DNA of 27,486 bases from Octopus sinensis (GCF_006345805.1 NW_021833414.1:1-27486), one strand, 5' to 3'. Positions 1 to 11,343 are shown, counted from the first letter of the stretch. Notes: a model not told the origin generated them from the sequence alone. A program made the numbers and translations.

Positions 1-427
1 AATAACCAAAATGAGCGAAAGGCTGTGATGAATGCCGCGCATGACAGATTGCTCTTTATTAAAAGTAACCTTTTGATGATTGTTCCGAAGACTGAATAGG
101 CAAGGGAGATAACTGAAAAACCATTAAACACAAAACATTGTCTAAGTTCTTGCTTTGCAAAGATAAAAAAGAAAACAGTTTCATTTTCGTTTGGAAGCTG
201 GATGAGTTACGGAAACATGAGTTTCTGCCGCTATAAGCGCCATTAGCATAGCGTTGGCCTTTGTAACTGAAATTAGACATGTGACATATACCATAGTATT
301 TCGAATATTCCAGGTCTAAAAGGTGACTGACTTATAAAGATGGCGGAGCGTTGTAGCCATGCAGTGTGAGATAAATTCCTAATGTTTAAGTAAATTTCTT
401 ACAGACTAACACACGACAAAGCACATT

Positions 428-537
428 TATATATACTCATACATTCTCACATGCATAGATGCACTTATATATATATATACATGAGTACATACATACATGC
501 ATACAAGAACGTGCACACACATACAAACATATATGCT

Positions 538-570
<33 letters not shown>

Positions 571-667
571 ATATATATAATATGCATTTTTATGTATATA
601 TTCGTCTGCATGTAAAGTGTGATTGGGAGAGAGAGCGAGAAAGAGAAAGAGAATGAGATTAAGATAG

Positions 668-753
<86 letters not shown>

Positions 754-774
754 ATGGGGAGAGAGAGGGAAAGA

Positions 775-819
<45 letters not shown>

Positions 820-835
820 TGATGGAAAGGACAAA
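428..835. repeat. Compound microsatellite: (TA/CA)n, (GA)n, long (AGAT)n, (GAGAGAGAAA)n
   Basis: Visible tandem repeats; the ORFs here are low-complexity YI/SL repeats. Confidence 0.95.
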
Positions 836-1057
836 AGAGAGATGCTTGTGTGATAATTTGATCTATTATAGATAACTATCTGTAGAAGAAATATAATAAA
901 CTCCGGTAGGAATCGAATCTCAATTCTTTTATTGATCGGGGAAACATGTTAGAAATGGCACGACGGGATTGTCTCGGCTTTTGATTCGGATTTCAGTAGG
1001 TTGGTAGGATTTCACTGCAAATTTTATATGGTTCATATAGCCCGACCTCATTAGAAT

Positions 1058-1157
1058 ACATATATACATATACATATACACACACACATATACACATACA
1101 TACATACACACACACATACATACATACATACATACATTCATTATGCATATATTTAAG

Positions 1158-1188
<31 letters not shown>

Positions 1189-1289
1189 CTTATATGTGTA
1201 TATATGTATATATGTGTATATATATAATATATATATATGTATATATATACTTATATGTGTATATATGTATTATATATATGTTATATATG

Positions 1290-1325
<36 letters not shown>

Positions 1326-1330
1326 AATAG

Positions 1331-1365
<35 letters not shown>

Positions 1366-1508
1366 TATTAAATATATTTATATACATATATACATCTAGC
1401 TCTTTCTCTCTCTCTCTATATCTATACTATATATATATATTATATTTATATATTATAATTATATATATATATATATGTATATACATACTTGCACATACAT
1501 ATATGTAT

Positions 1509-1539
<31 letters not shown>

Positions 1540-1585
1540 ACATTTATATATATATACACATATATATATATCTATATGCCAGTGT
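1058..1585. repeat. Compound (CA)/(TACA)/(TA)n microsatellite
   Basis: Visible tandem repeats. Confidence 0.95.
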
Positions 1586-1908
1586 GTGTGGGTGTTTTAT
1601 CGATTTAATATCTTGATCACATGATTAAAATCAGTTGTGGTGTCTGCCAGAAGAATCTCTTGGAAAAAATCTCATAAACGAATCAGCTTTCAATCGAAGC
1701 TGAAATTTCAGAAGCCTACAATCAGAATCTCTCGTTGGCGATCTTCGGACGATTGGGAAAAACAGGAACATGAAATTTAGTATTCAATGACCATGCATTA
1801 AACTATTTCGAGAACAAAGTAAAAGCTGATCACTTAATATGAAATTACTATATATATATATTTATATATATATATATACATATATTATATAAACATATAT
1901 ATATATAA

Positions 1909-2265
1909 GCGCAGGCATGGGCGTGTAGTAAGAGGCATGCTTCCCATCTACAGGGTTCCGGGTTGTATGTATGTATATATATATAATATAGATATATATT
2001 ATATATATATTATATATATATCTATATATATATATATATATATATATTATATCTATATATATATATATATATCTGTTTGTGCCTTTGTGTCTGTTTATCA
2101 CCTCATCACCGCTTGACAACTGGTGTTCGTGTGTTTACGTCCCCATCACCTGGTGGCTCGGCAAAAATATGATCTGGGGTCGATTTGTTCAACTAAAACC
2201 CTTCAAAGCCGTGCTTCAGCATGGCCGCAGTCAAATGACTGAAACAAGTAAAAGAATAAAAGAAT
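1909..2265 (+). mobile_element. tRNA-derived SINE, family A, diverged; central part replaced by (TA)n
   Basis: Head gcgcaggcatgggcgtgtagtaag...ggttccgggtt and 3' half ending catggccgcagtcaaatgactgaaacaagtaaaagaata match the copies at 4265 and 26692. Confidence 0.8.
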
Positions 2266-2440
2266 ATATATATATATATATATACACACACATACTTACA
2301 TACATACATATACATACATGATGATGATGATTGCCGACGTTCAGGAACATTGTGCGCTCTAGGACTAACTTATACATGCATACATACATACATACATACC
2401 ATACATACATACATACATCATACATACATAGCATATAGAC
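2266..2440. repeat. (TA)/(TACA)n microsatellite
   Basis: Visible tandem repeats. Confidence 0.9.
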
Positions 2441-2747
2441 ATCGTTACAATCCATGCTGTATCGTCTTGGACACATCAGTTTCTTCAGTTCTCAAAAATT
2501 GTATGTAGTTGTTATATTTGGGTGAGTTGAAAATACTAGGAAATATTTTTTGCAGGTTAATTACATGTTAAAACAGGAGATTAGAAAAAAAAATGGTTTT
2601 ATTTATTCACCATTACACGTGTTTCGTTTACTAATAGGACTCACAAAATTATGTGATTCTCTGTCTGAAGCATTTCTAGTAAAATATATCTTACATGTTT
2701 TTTCTACATTACAATTTTGTAAATTCTAGTAGCAAATGAACCACGTA

Positions 2748-3152
2748 GGTGCAGGAGTGGCTGTGTGGTAAGTAACTTGCTTACCAACCACATGGTTCCG
2801 GGTTCAGTACCACTGCGTGGCACCTTGGGAAAGTGTCTTCTACTGTAGCTTCGGGCCGACCAAAGCCTTGTGAGTGGATCTGGTAGACGGAAATAGAAAG
2901 AAGCCCGTCGTATATATGTATATATGTGTGTGTGTGTGTGTGTGGATACATATGCTTATGTGTCTGTGTTTGTCCCCCACCACCATCGCTTGACAACCGA
3001 TACTGGCGTGTTTACGTCCCCGTAACTTCGCGGTTCGGCTAAGTAACCGATAGGATAAGTACTAAGCTTACAAAGAATGGGGTCGATTTGTTCGACTAAA
3101 AGCGGTGCTTTAGCATGGCCGCATTCAAATGACTCAAACGAATAAAAGAATA
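2748..3152 (+). mobile_element. tRNA-derived SINE, family A, near full length
   Basis: A-box-like tggctgtgtgg, B-box-like ggttcagtacc, internal (TA)(TG) tract, tail aataaaagaata; aligns end to end with 4265-4678. Confidence 0.92.
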
Positions 3153-3197
3153 TACATATTGCATCATATATATATATATAATATATATATATGTATA

Positions 3198-3532
3198 TTT
3201 ATATATAAAATCCGTTCTGTCTGTCTGTGTGTCTTCTAGGATCTCGGGCATCCTCCATCCGATTGCGCTCAAATTTGTATATGTAATCGATTCCAGGTGA
3301 GAATGCGATCGATAAAGCCGTGGGAACGTACATTTGTACGCGCAAGTACATCAGCTGTTGCGATCAATACTACGTGTACGCGAGAAATATGCAGGTGCAG
3401 TTTGCGCAAAGAAAGCAAGCTGGCTTGAAATAATGCCACAAAATGGGACGGTCGGACAAGTTGCTTTGAGAAAATTTAGTTTAAATGTTTGACAGCTCAG
3501 CACCGTCCATTGGACGGGGGGCGTTTTGCTCG
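3198..3532 (+). mobile_element. Non-autonomous Helitron
   Basis: 5' a|tttatatataaaa (decayed TC start) followed by ctgtctgtctgt; subterminal hairpin ccgtcca-t-tggacgg (3503-3517) 11 nt before ctcg|t (CTRR variant); A/T insertion site with no TSD. Confidence 0.7.
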
Positions 3533-3964
3533 TATAAATATATATAAATTTAAGCTGGCATATATAAAATTTTTATATACGTCTATATGAACGTACGTAT
3601 ATTTTATGTATATAGGTATGTTGGTATGTATATATGTGCATCATCAATCACATATATGATTTGATATTTCTATGTATTTAAAAACAGTAATAGTTCAAGT
3701 GAAATGTTTCGTGACGATAATATTTCTTCTTCGAGTGGAGTTAAAATAATCTGAAATTAGTGTCCAATTTTTCAAACTTTTGTACAGTTTGGGGTTTAGA
3801 GCAGCCATTTAGAAGCATATAATTTCAGAATAATTACTTCAGAGCATGCCCGCAGAAGCCGGTTATTTCTGAATGCTTTTTCTATCCATTGTCATTCTGA
3901 AATAATACCAATAATTTTTTGAACAGAGCTTTTATACTCACGTAATTGTCAGCATATTAGCTTA

Positions 3965-4066
3965 TGCATACAAGCATGCGTACATACACACGTTTTTGTA
4001 TACCTACATATATACATACATGCATTCATTCATACAATTACGTACACACACACACACACACACACA

Positions 4067-4119
<53 letters not shown>

Positions 4120-4229
4120 CGTATACACACACGCATATATATTATATAACACACATTATACATACATATATTACAATTATACAAACATATATGCACAAAT
4201 ACATGCATACATACATATATATATTATAT

Positions 4230-4264
<35 letters not shown>
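3965..4264. repeat. Compound (CA)/(TA)n microsatellite
   Basis: Visible tandem repeats. Confidence 0.95.
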
Positions 4265-4267
<3 letters not shown>

Positions 4268-4678
4268 TGGCTGTGTGGTAAGTAGCTTGCTTACCAACCA
4301 CATAGTTCCGGGTTCAGTCCCACTGCGTGGCACCTTGGGCAAGTGTCTTCTACTATAGCCTCGGGCCGACCAAAGCCTTGTGAGTGGATTTGGTAGACGG
4401 AAACTGAAAGAAGCCCGTCGTATATATATATATGTATATATATGTGTGTGTGTGTGTGTTTGTGTGTCTGTGTTTGTGTCACCAACATCACTTGACAACC
4501 GATGCTGGTGTGTTTACGTCCCCGTTACTTAGCGGTTCGGCAAAAGAGACCGATAGGATAAGTACTGGGCTTACAAAAGAATAAGACCCGGGGTCGATTT
4601 GCTCGACTAAAGGCGGTGCTCCAGCATGGCCGCAGTCAAATGACTGAAACAAGTAAAAGAGTAAAAGAGTAAAGAGTA
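4265..4678 (+). mobile_element. tRNA-derived SINE, family A, young copy
   Basis: A/B-box head, CORE-like gcaccttgggcaagtgtctt segment, internal microsatellite, (gtaaaaga)n tail; very similar to 26692-27083. Confidence 0.95.
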
Positions 4679-4700
4679 TATAAATATATATACATACACA

Positions 4701-4743
<43 letters not shown>

Positions 4744-5211
4744 GCATAATTACATAAACGAATATATATTTCTTTTTCATATCAGCTAAAACTGAATCCA
4801 AACAGATTGACGACTGGCTCCCATTATTTCGTCCTGAGCCCTGTTTAAAACACGACCAATCATCTTTCACTGTTTCAAGATTTTAGGGTTATCTCTAAAT
4901 ATTCTATAGAACGTATAACCAGCACAGTTTGTAAAGTACACATTATAAGACCCATAGAAGCTTTAAGCACTTAAAAGATTTTGGTGCCCACATATAGATC
5001 TAATTCAAAATATAAACAATAAAATGAATTTTGTTTCAAAACTAACATTACGATGGAAAATCATGTTTATTTTTGTATAATTCCGCTTTATTTCTATTTG
5101 GAAAATTTTCTTCCACCTTTTTTTAACAGTAAAGTCTTTGATAATAATCATTATCACACCATGGTATTATATTTCGATCATATCAACCATTTTGATCATA
5201 TAAACCACTTA

Positions 5212-5553
5212 GGAGGCGCAATGGCCCAGTGGTTAGGGCAGCGGACTCGCGGTCGTAGGATCGCGGTTTCGATTCCCAGACCGGGCGTTGTGAGTGTTTA
5301 TTGAGCGAAAACACCTAAAGCTCCACGAGGCTCCGGCAGGGATGGTGGTGATCCCTGCTGTACTCTTTCACCACAACTTTCTCTCACTCTTACTTCCTGT
5401 TTCTGTTGTACCTGTATTTCAAAGGGCTGGCCTTGTCACTCTGTGTCACGCTGAATATCCCCGAGAACTACGTTAAGGGTACACATGTCTGTGGAGTGCT
5501 CAGCCACTCACACTTTAATTTCATGAGCAGGCTGTTCCGACGGAGTGCTTCCA
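5212..5553 (+). mobile_element. tRNA-derived SINE, family B
   Basis: A box tggcccagtgg, B box ggtttcgattcc; 3' body shared with 6177-6503 and 22274-22380. Confidence 0.88.
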
Positions 5554-5659
5554 CTTACCATTTTTGTGGTGCCCTCCTTCTCTTGATGTCCTAAGCACGT
5601 ACTTATTTAGCTTAATGGTTAATTTAGCGCTGTTCATCTGGTTTGTTGCAGATATTCTT

Positions 5660-5915
5660 AGTTCTATAATTTTGTTGGTATTTATCCATGTCTTACAGGC
5701 ATAATTCCTTGTTGCTATGACGGTGGACGGGTACAGGTGGAATTTGTGCCTTGATAGAAAACTAAGACCAAACGTAATTTAGGCGTTGGAATATAGTCAC
5801 AGTTTTGTAGGTTCTCTTCACATTAAATTCAGTTTTGCTACCCGCACTGATGTTACTTTTGAAATACCAGGAGTCAACGATTTCCAAGCTTTGGTCCTTC
5901 AGCACGACTGGCTGT
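5660..5915 (-). mobile_element. Degenerate LINE reverse-transcriptase C-terminal fragment (RTE-like)
   Basis: Hand translation with frameshift: SLEIVDSWYFKSNIS...IFQRLNYVWS / KFHLYPSTVIATRNYACKTW, resembling the LE.VD.F.YLGS.I...F.RL..VW...LY...V...YACETW pattern. Confidence 0.6.
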
Positions 5916-6176
5916 TGCTAGACTTTTCGAAACCCTCACCAAAAAAAAAACCCAACAAAAAACAAATACAAAAACAAAAAAGGGAAATACTGAGTCGGTA
6001 AAGTAAGATACCACTAAAATATATACGGGACATACAAACACACGGACACATATATACACATATTAGTAGAAATATTAAATATATAACACATACATAGATA
6101 TGTGTGTGTGTTTGTGTGTACGTATATACGTACATAAAAAACTCATACACACACATATATGTATGTATGCATATGT

Positions 6177-6503
6177 GGAGGCGCGTGGCTTAGTGGTTAG
6201 AGTATTCGGCTCACGATTGTAAGGTTGTGAGTTCAATTCCCGGCAACGCGTTTTGTCCTTGAGCAAGACACTTTATTTCACGTTGGTCCAGTCCACTCAT
6301 CTGGCAAAAATGAGTTGTAACTGTATTTCAAAGGGGCCAGTCTTGTCGCACTCTGTGTCACGCTGAATATCCCCTGAGAACTAAGTTAAGGGTACACGTG
6401 TCTGTGGAGTGCTCAGCCACTTGCACGTTAATTTCAGGAGCAATCGTTACCGTTGATCGTATCAGTTTGGGACCGTCGTCGTCGTTACCGTCGGAGTGCT
6501 CCC
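6177..6503 (+). mobile_element. tRNA-derived SINE, family C (related head and same 3' body as B)
   Basis: A box tggcttagtgg, B box gagttcaattcc, gtccttgagcaagacactt segment, 3' body shared with 5212-5553. Confidence 0.88.
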
Positions 6504-6542
6504 TCTCATGTAAGCATATATATGTATATATATATATATATA

Positions 6543-6736
6543 CGATAATCCCTCCACTATCGCAAGTTTTACGTTCCAAACCAACCCGCGATAGGTGAAA
6601 ATCCGCGAAGTAAAAACAGCACTGTATTTTAAAAAATCCTTTTTATAACTTGTTTATATTTATTTTATAACAAATGTAAAACAACACCATGGCGGAATCG
6701 AGGTAAGCTTAAATAATAAAGCGCGATATGGCGAGG
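6543..6736. mobile_element. Tigger/pogo-like MITE, right end lost into (TA)n
   Basis: Starts ta|cgataatccctccactatcgc (resembles CAGTAATCCCTC-type TIRs); internal ccgcgataggtgaaaatccgcgaa; partial inverse end gcgatatggcgagg. Confidence 0.55.
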
Positions 6737-6745
6737 TATATATAT

Positions 6746-6787
<42 letters not shown>

Positions 6788-6810
6788 GTGTGTATATATA
6801 TATAATATAT

Positions 6811-6870
<60 letters not shown>

Positions 6871-6923
6871 ATATATATATAATTTGTGTATATATGTGTA
6901 TATATATATATATATAATATATA
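6737..6923. repeat. (TA)n microsatellite
   Basis: Visible tandem repeats. Confidence 0.95.
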
Positions 6924-7160
6924 TATAATCAAAATAAGCAACAGCGATATCCAAGGCAGTGTAGAACAATCTTCAGCTGCATATGTAATTTTTTTAGTTA
7001 AATTGACAAGAAACATTTTTATACTTATTCTATTTGCCAACATTACAAAGAGGGTAGGTATATAGACAGAGAGGTAAATCCCATCATCAGAAACATGAAG
7101 TAGCATGAAACGATCGTACTGCACTATCTTTGGATATCCTTGTTGCTTATTTTGATTATA
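6924..7160. mobile_element. Foldback MITE with long terminal inverted repeats
   Basis: tataatcaaaataagcaacagcgatatccaaggcagtgtag (6924-6964) is the reverse complement, with a few mismatches, of ctgcactatctttggatatccttgttgcttattttgattata (7119-7160); pairing extends about 20 nt inward; TA at both ends. Confidence 0.75.
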
Positions 7161-7268
7161 ATCACCCCATTTGATTTATATGGATAATACCATACCAAAT
7201 TCTGGTGCCTTTAACTTAAGTACCATATTCATCTGAATCTAAATTCTGTTGAACTTATATTTATATAT

Positions 7269-7302
<34 letters not shown>

Positions 7303-7501
7303 ATGTATAGAGTAAAATAAAGAATCATTGAAATGTGTAGGTACTTTATTTTATGGGGCTTTATTTTACAAACCCACGAAGGAATGAAAGATTAAGTTTT
7401 TCATTGAAGGGAGTTCAGCTTGGAACATTTGGGTTTGCAGCAAAATACCACAAGGCATTTCTCGTTGTCGCTGTCCCATTTCCCGTTTCCTTGCATCCTC
7501 T

Positions 7502-7724
7502 CGCGGCGAACTGGCAGAATCGTTAGCATGCCGGTCAAAATGCTTGACAGTATTTCGTCCGTCTTTACATTCTGAGTTCAAATTCCGCCGAGTCCGACTT
7601 CGCCTTTCATTCCTTAGGAGTCAATAACAATAAGTACCAGTTGAACACTGGGGTCGATGTAATCGATTTAGCCCCTCCCCCACCCAGTCTTGCTGGCCTT
7701 GTGCTAAAATTTGAAAGCCAAATT
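7502..7724 (+). mobile_element. tRNA-derived SINE, family D
   Basis: tggcagaatcgttag head, gagttcaaattcc B box, aagtaccagttgaacactggggtcgatgtaatcga 3' module; repeated at 8969, 20665, 20873, 21572. Confidence 0.9.
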
Positions 7725-7894
7725 ATTTCCTATCGCCATTTTGTTGCATGAATAAATGTTAGATTCTAAATGTAAATTACCCCATCAAGTATTGACACAA
7801 TAGTTAATTTGTTCGATACACACTCACTTTCACATATACACACATACACTCATGAAGACCCCGTAGTGTTAATGTAATTTCTGAACACACACAG

Positions 7895-7933
<39 letters not shown>

Positions 7934-8926
7934 ACACACACACACAAATATAGTAACTATTATTTCATTCGTCAGAATTCAATTAATAATGTTTTTTTCC
8001 TCCTGTACACATCATACTGTCCTCAAATATCAAAGGAAATGTTTTTACTTCTAATGGTTTCTAAACCGGCAATTACTTCCAACAGTTTCTCTTAAAAAAA
8101 ACTGATATGTTTGCCTGTCTGTCTGACCACCTGTCTGTCTGACCACCTGTCTGTCTGTCTGTCTGTTTATGTCTCTTTCCTTCTAGCACACACATGCATA
8201 CACATACATACATATACACGCGTACATTCACCAGCATCTCACAGATACCTCTCGCATACAAGAGCTTGTGCATGGTCGTTCAGCCTACAAGAAATAACAG
8301 TGAAATCACTGTCTTAGAAGAGGATTCATCAGAAAATGTAGTACCAGGACCATTGTACATAGAAAACAGGCAAGTTCATATAAAAACTCTGTAGTTATAA
8401 TGGTCAAAGTGCGACAAAAGCATCTACTCAGTAGTAATCTAAATTTCGTATTCACTGTTAGTTCTAATACAATTTGTTAAACACAGTAAAATCTATAATT
8501 AGATTCTACATTTTGCTCACAAATATGTCTCCACATACTACTGTTTACACTACTATCACAATAGTAAAATGGTACATTTTCATTCCTCATTATATAAGCA
8601 GTTTAATTATAGATTCATCAATTTTCGTGTAAAGGACAAAAGCATGTTAACATTATGTCAAAGTTTTTACTCCTTCAAATAGTCGTGATTGAATTATTTA
8701 AAACCTTATTTTGTTATATATTTAATACTTCATATTTGTTTTACATATATATAGACAGCCTGTTTCTGAATTTTGTGTATCATCAGTATTAAGTAATAAA
8801 TCAATACAATGTAAATTAAATAATTATATTATATTTAAACAGTGTATTCAAATAATTATTGTCTTTTCTGATCAGAAAGAAAGAAAAGGTAAGTGTAAAA
8901 CAACGAGATAGTGCCAAATATTTTTT

Positions 8927-9104
8927 GAGACGGAAATGATACTGAACGTACGGAAGACATTCTGTTTATCTGCCGGGGTCGACTTTGCCTTTCATCCTGT
9001 TGGGAACGATAAAATAAATACCAGTTGAGCACTGGCGTCGATGTAATCGTCTTACTCCTTCCACAAAAATTGCTGGCCTTGTGTAAAAATTTGAAACCAG
9101 TATT
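8927..9104 (+). mobile_element. SINE family D, 5'-truncated, possibly with an inverted 5' piece
   Basis: 8969-9104 matches the family D 3' half; 8927-8965 resembles the reverse-strand head. Confidence 0.8.
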
Positions 9105-9399
9105 TAAAGCTAGGAGTAAAAGAAAAAGGCAAAACATATTAGCCCAGTAAAGAAAATAGAATCATTCATGGCGGTCAACTGTGTAAGGCAGTTAAATATA
9201 ATCTTCTTAAAGATGTAACGTATTTCTAATGTAGGATAAAATTTGTCCTGCAGTATAAGCACGCACGTATTGTTCACAAACCTTATTTTAAATATTTGGC
9301 ATGAGAGCTCGATCACTGCTGATGGATGTTGTTGAAAGACGAATGCTGCTTGATAAAAATCTAAAACTGCTTCTATAACAAACAATATTGTTATCTGCG

Positions 9400-9497
9400 G
9401 TTTGTCTCTATTGTCCCACATAATCTCTGCTTGATTTGATAATGATGTATTCAACATGAATCCCTGGCGTCTGTTGTTGGGCTGCTATCAACAACAT
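9400..9497 (-). mobile_element. Possible short R4/Dong-type LINE fragment (pre-zinc-knuckle region)
   Basis: Hand translation MLLIAAQQQTPGIHVEYIIIKSS / RLCGTIET resembles the IIAAQDQ...IIK...CRLC...ET motif; short and frameshifted. Confidence 0.35.
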
Positions 9498-9946
9498 ATC
9501 TTTTGTCTTCTTTCTTTGCATTGTTTTCATCATTGGACTACGGCCATCATGGGGCACTGCATTGAAGGGTTTATATTATTTTAATTCTGGTACTCATCTT
9601 ACCGGCTGCTACATTATGGGAACGCAAACAAACCGACACCTCGGGACAGATAAAAGCATGAAGACACACACACACATATCTATATATATGTATATACTTA
9701 AATACATATATACATACGTATACACACACACACACAAACACATACACGCATACACGCACACTCACGCATAAACACACGTACACACACGTACGCACACACA
9801 TTCATGAAGACGAGCGTCTTTCAGCTTCCTTCTTCCAAATCCACTCACAAGGATTTAGTCGGCTGAAAGCTAAAGAAGAAAGCACTTGCCCAGCGTGTCA
9901 CGCAGTGGGACTGAACCCGGAACCATGTCGTACCACGCAGCCACAC
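9498..9946 (-). mobile_element. SINE family A, diverged, with expanded internal (CA)n
   Basis: Reverse complements of the family A tail (cattggactacggccatcatgggg) and head (cgcagtgggactgaacccggaaccatgt) on either side of a ~150 bp microsatellite. Confidence 0.8.
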
Positions 9947-10339
9947 TTGTGAAGAGTAAATAAATACCAACATAAAATCCGTTTAGTTATATATGTTTCC
10001 TATTATTTCTGATGATATCTGAGTTATCATTTCATGCGTCGGGAGTAACGCTTAATCAAAAATCGTTATATTTTTCGTTTATCAAGCTAAAAATAAATAT
10101 GTATGTGAGGAGGAACTGAAAATAAAGGTCTATGTTTGTATAAACGGGGGTAAAAAACAATCAACGAAATCAGGTAGAAAACAAATGGAGGATTAGAGGT
10201 AAGCATCCTTTTAAAGTTTATCAACTTAGATAAACACAATTTGTGACCGCGATTCATTTGTGTTGACTTCGACTAAAAAGGTAAGTTTTACAGGTCACAT
10301 CTCCACACCAGATTCCTTAGATTATCAATATAATCTTAC

Positions 10340-10656
10340 ACACATGCATACATACATATATACATACATACATATATACATACATACATTCAGACAGACA
10401 GACACATGCATATATGTATATATATGTATATATGCGTATATTTATATGAACACACAAGCTCACTCATACACTTACACATATGTGTATAAATGTGTGTATA
10501 TATGTGTGTATATATGAGTGTATATATGTGTGTATACATGTATATATATGTGTGTGTGTATATATGTGTATATATATACATATATACATATATATACATA
10601 CATATATATATATATACACATATATACATGTGTGAGTGTATGAGTGTGCTTGTGTG

Positions 10657-10716
<60 letters not shown>

Positions 10717-10754
10717 TTATATGTGCTTGTGTGTGCTTGTGTGCTTGTGTGTTC

Positions 10755-10785
<31 letters not shown>

Positions 10786-10830
10786 CATATACATACACAC
10801 ATACATGTATATATACACACTTATAAATGC
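10340..10830. repeat. Compound microsatellite containing an internal inverted duplication
   Basis: Visible repeats; 10437-10482 is the reverse complement of 10627-10670. Confidence 0.95.
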
Positions 10831-10833
10831 ATA

Positions 10834-11343
10834 CGAGGTGGTATCAAAGGGTTCTCGTGTTATGTTCAATAAAGAAATAACTTATTTACCAAATTTTTAA
10901 CATCATCTCTTTCGAAAGAGTCACCTTGCGCAGCAATACACCAGTCAAGGTGTTCCTGCCACTTTTGGAATCCGTAAGCGAGTCGAGGACCTTCTGCAAT
11001 TCGCTGTGGATCTCGATAACGGTGCTAAAACGACGACCATTTCATCTTGGGAGAGAGAGATGGAATTCCGCAGGGTGCTGAATCTAGTGAATAGGGCAGG
11101 TGCAGAAGCGATGCCATGTTGTTTTTGGCTTGAAACAAACGAGTGAGAAGAACTCGGCGATAGGATGCATTGTCATTGTGAAGAATCTAGATGCTAGGAT
11201 TGCTTGTATGGACCCACACGACGGGCCTACACAACCAGCAATGTCGTTGTCCTCCGACAATCCTCATGCACAAACCGATGAATTATGTCCATATTTCCGA
11301 GGGTGATGCTCGTGGCAGGTCTTCCATAACGCTCATCGTCTTC
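10834..11343 (-). mobile_element. Decayed, internally deleted mariner transposon (DD34D type)
   Basis: TA|cgaggtggtatcaaa TIR; minus-strand peptides DDERYGRP, ILHNDNA-(34 aa from D)-HLPYSLDSAPCG (last catalytic D changed to G), FQKWQEHLDWCIAAQGDSFE; first catalytic D region deleted. Confidence 0.9.

Noticed and set aside
337-346. YY1-like AAGATGGCGG (and AAGATGGCG at 15206-15214)
   Set aside because: Isolated motifs whose ATGs lead to stops within 10 codons; no other promoter evidence
2489-2556. Strong donor tgg|gtgagt with a nearby acceptor ttttttgcag
   Set aside because: The implied 35-nt intron is too short and the upstream frame is uninformative
5172-5207. 18-bp tandem duplication (similar short ones at 8120-8160, 13250-13280, 15480-15503, 17910-17950)
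   Set aside because: Two to four adjacent units without spacers; ordinary slippage products
5212-5285. Possible tRNA gene (also 6177-6250 and the family A and D heads)
   Set aside because: A and B boxes are present but there is no acceptor stem, and each continues into a SINE body
9110-9457. 115-aa minus-strand ORF as a membrane protein
   Set aside because: No recognisable family; overlaps a probable LINE remnant in another frame
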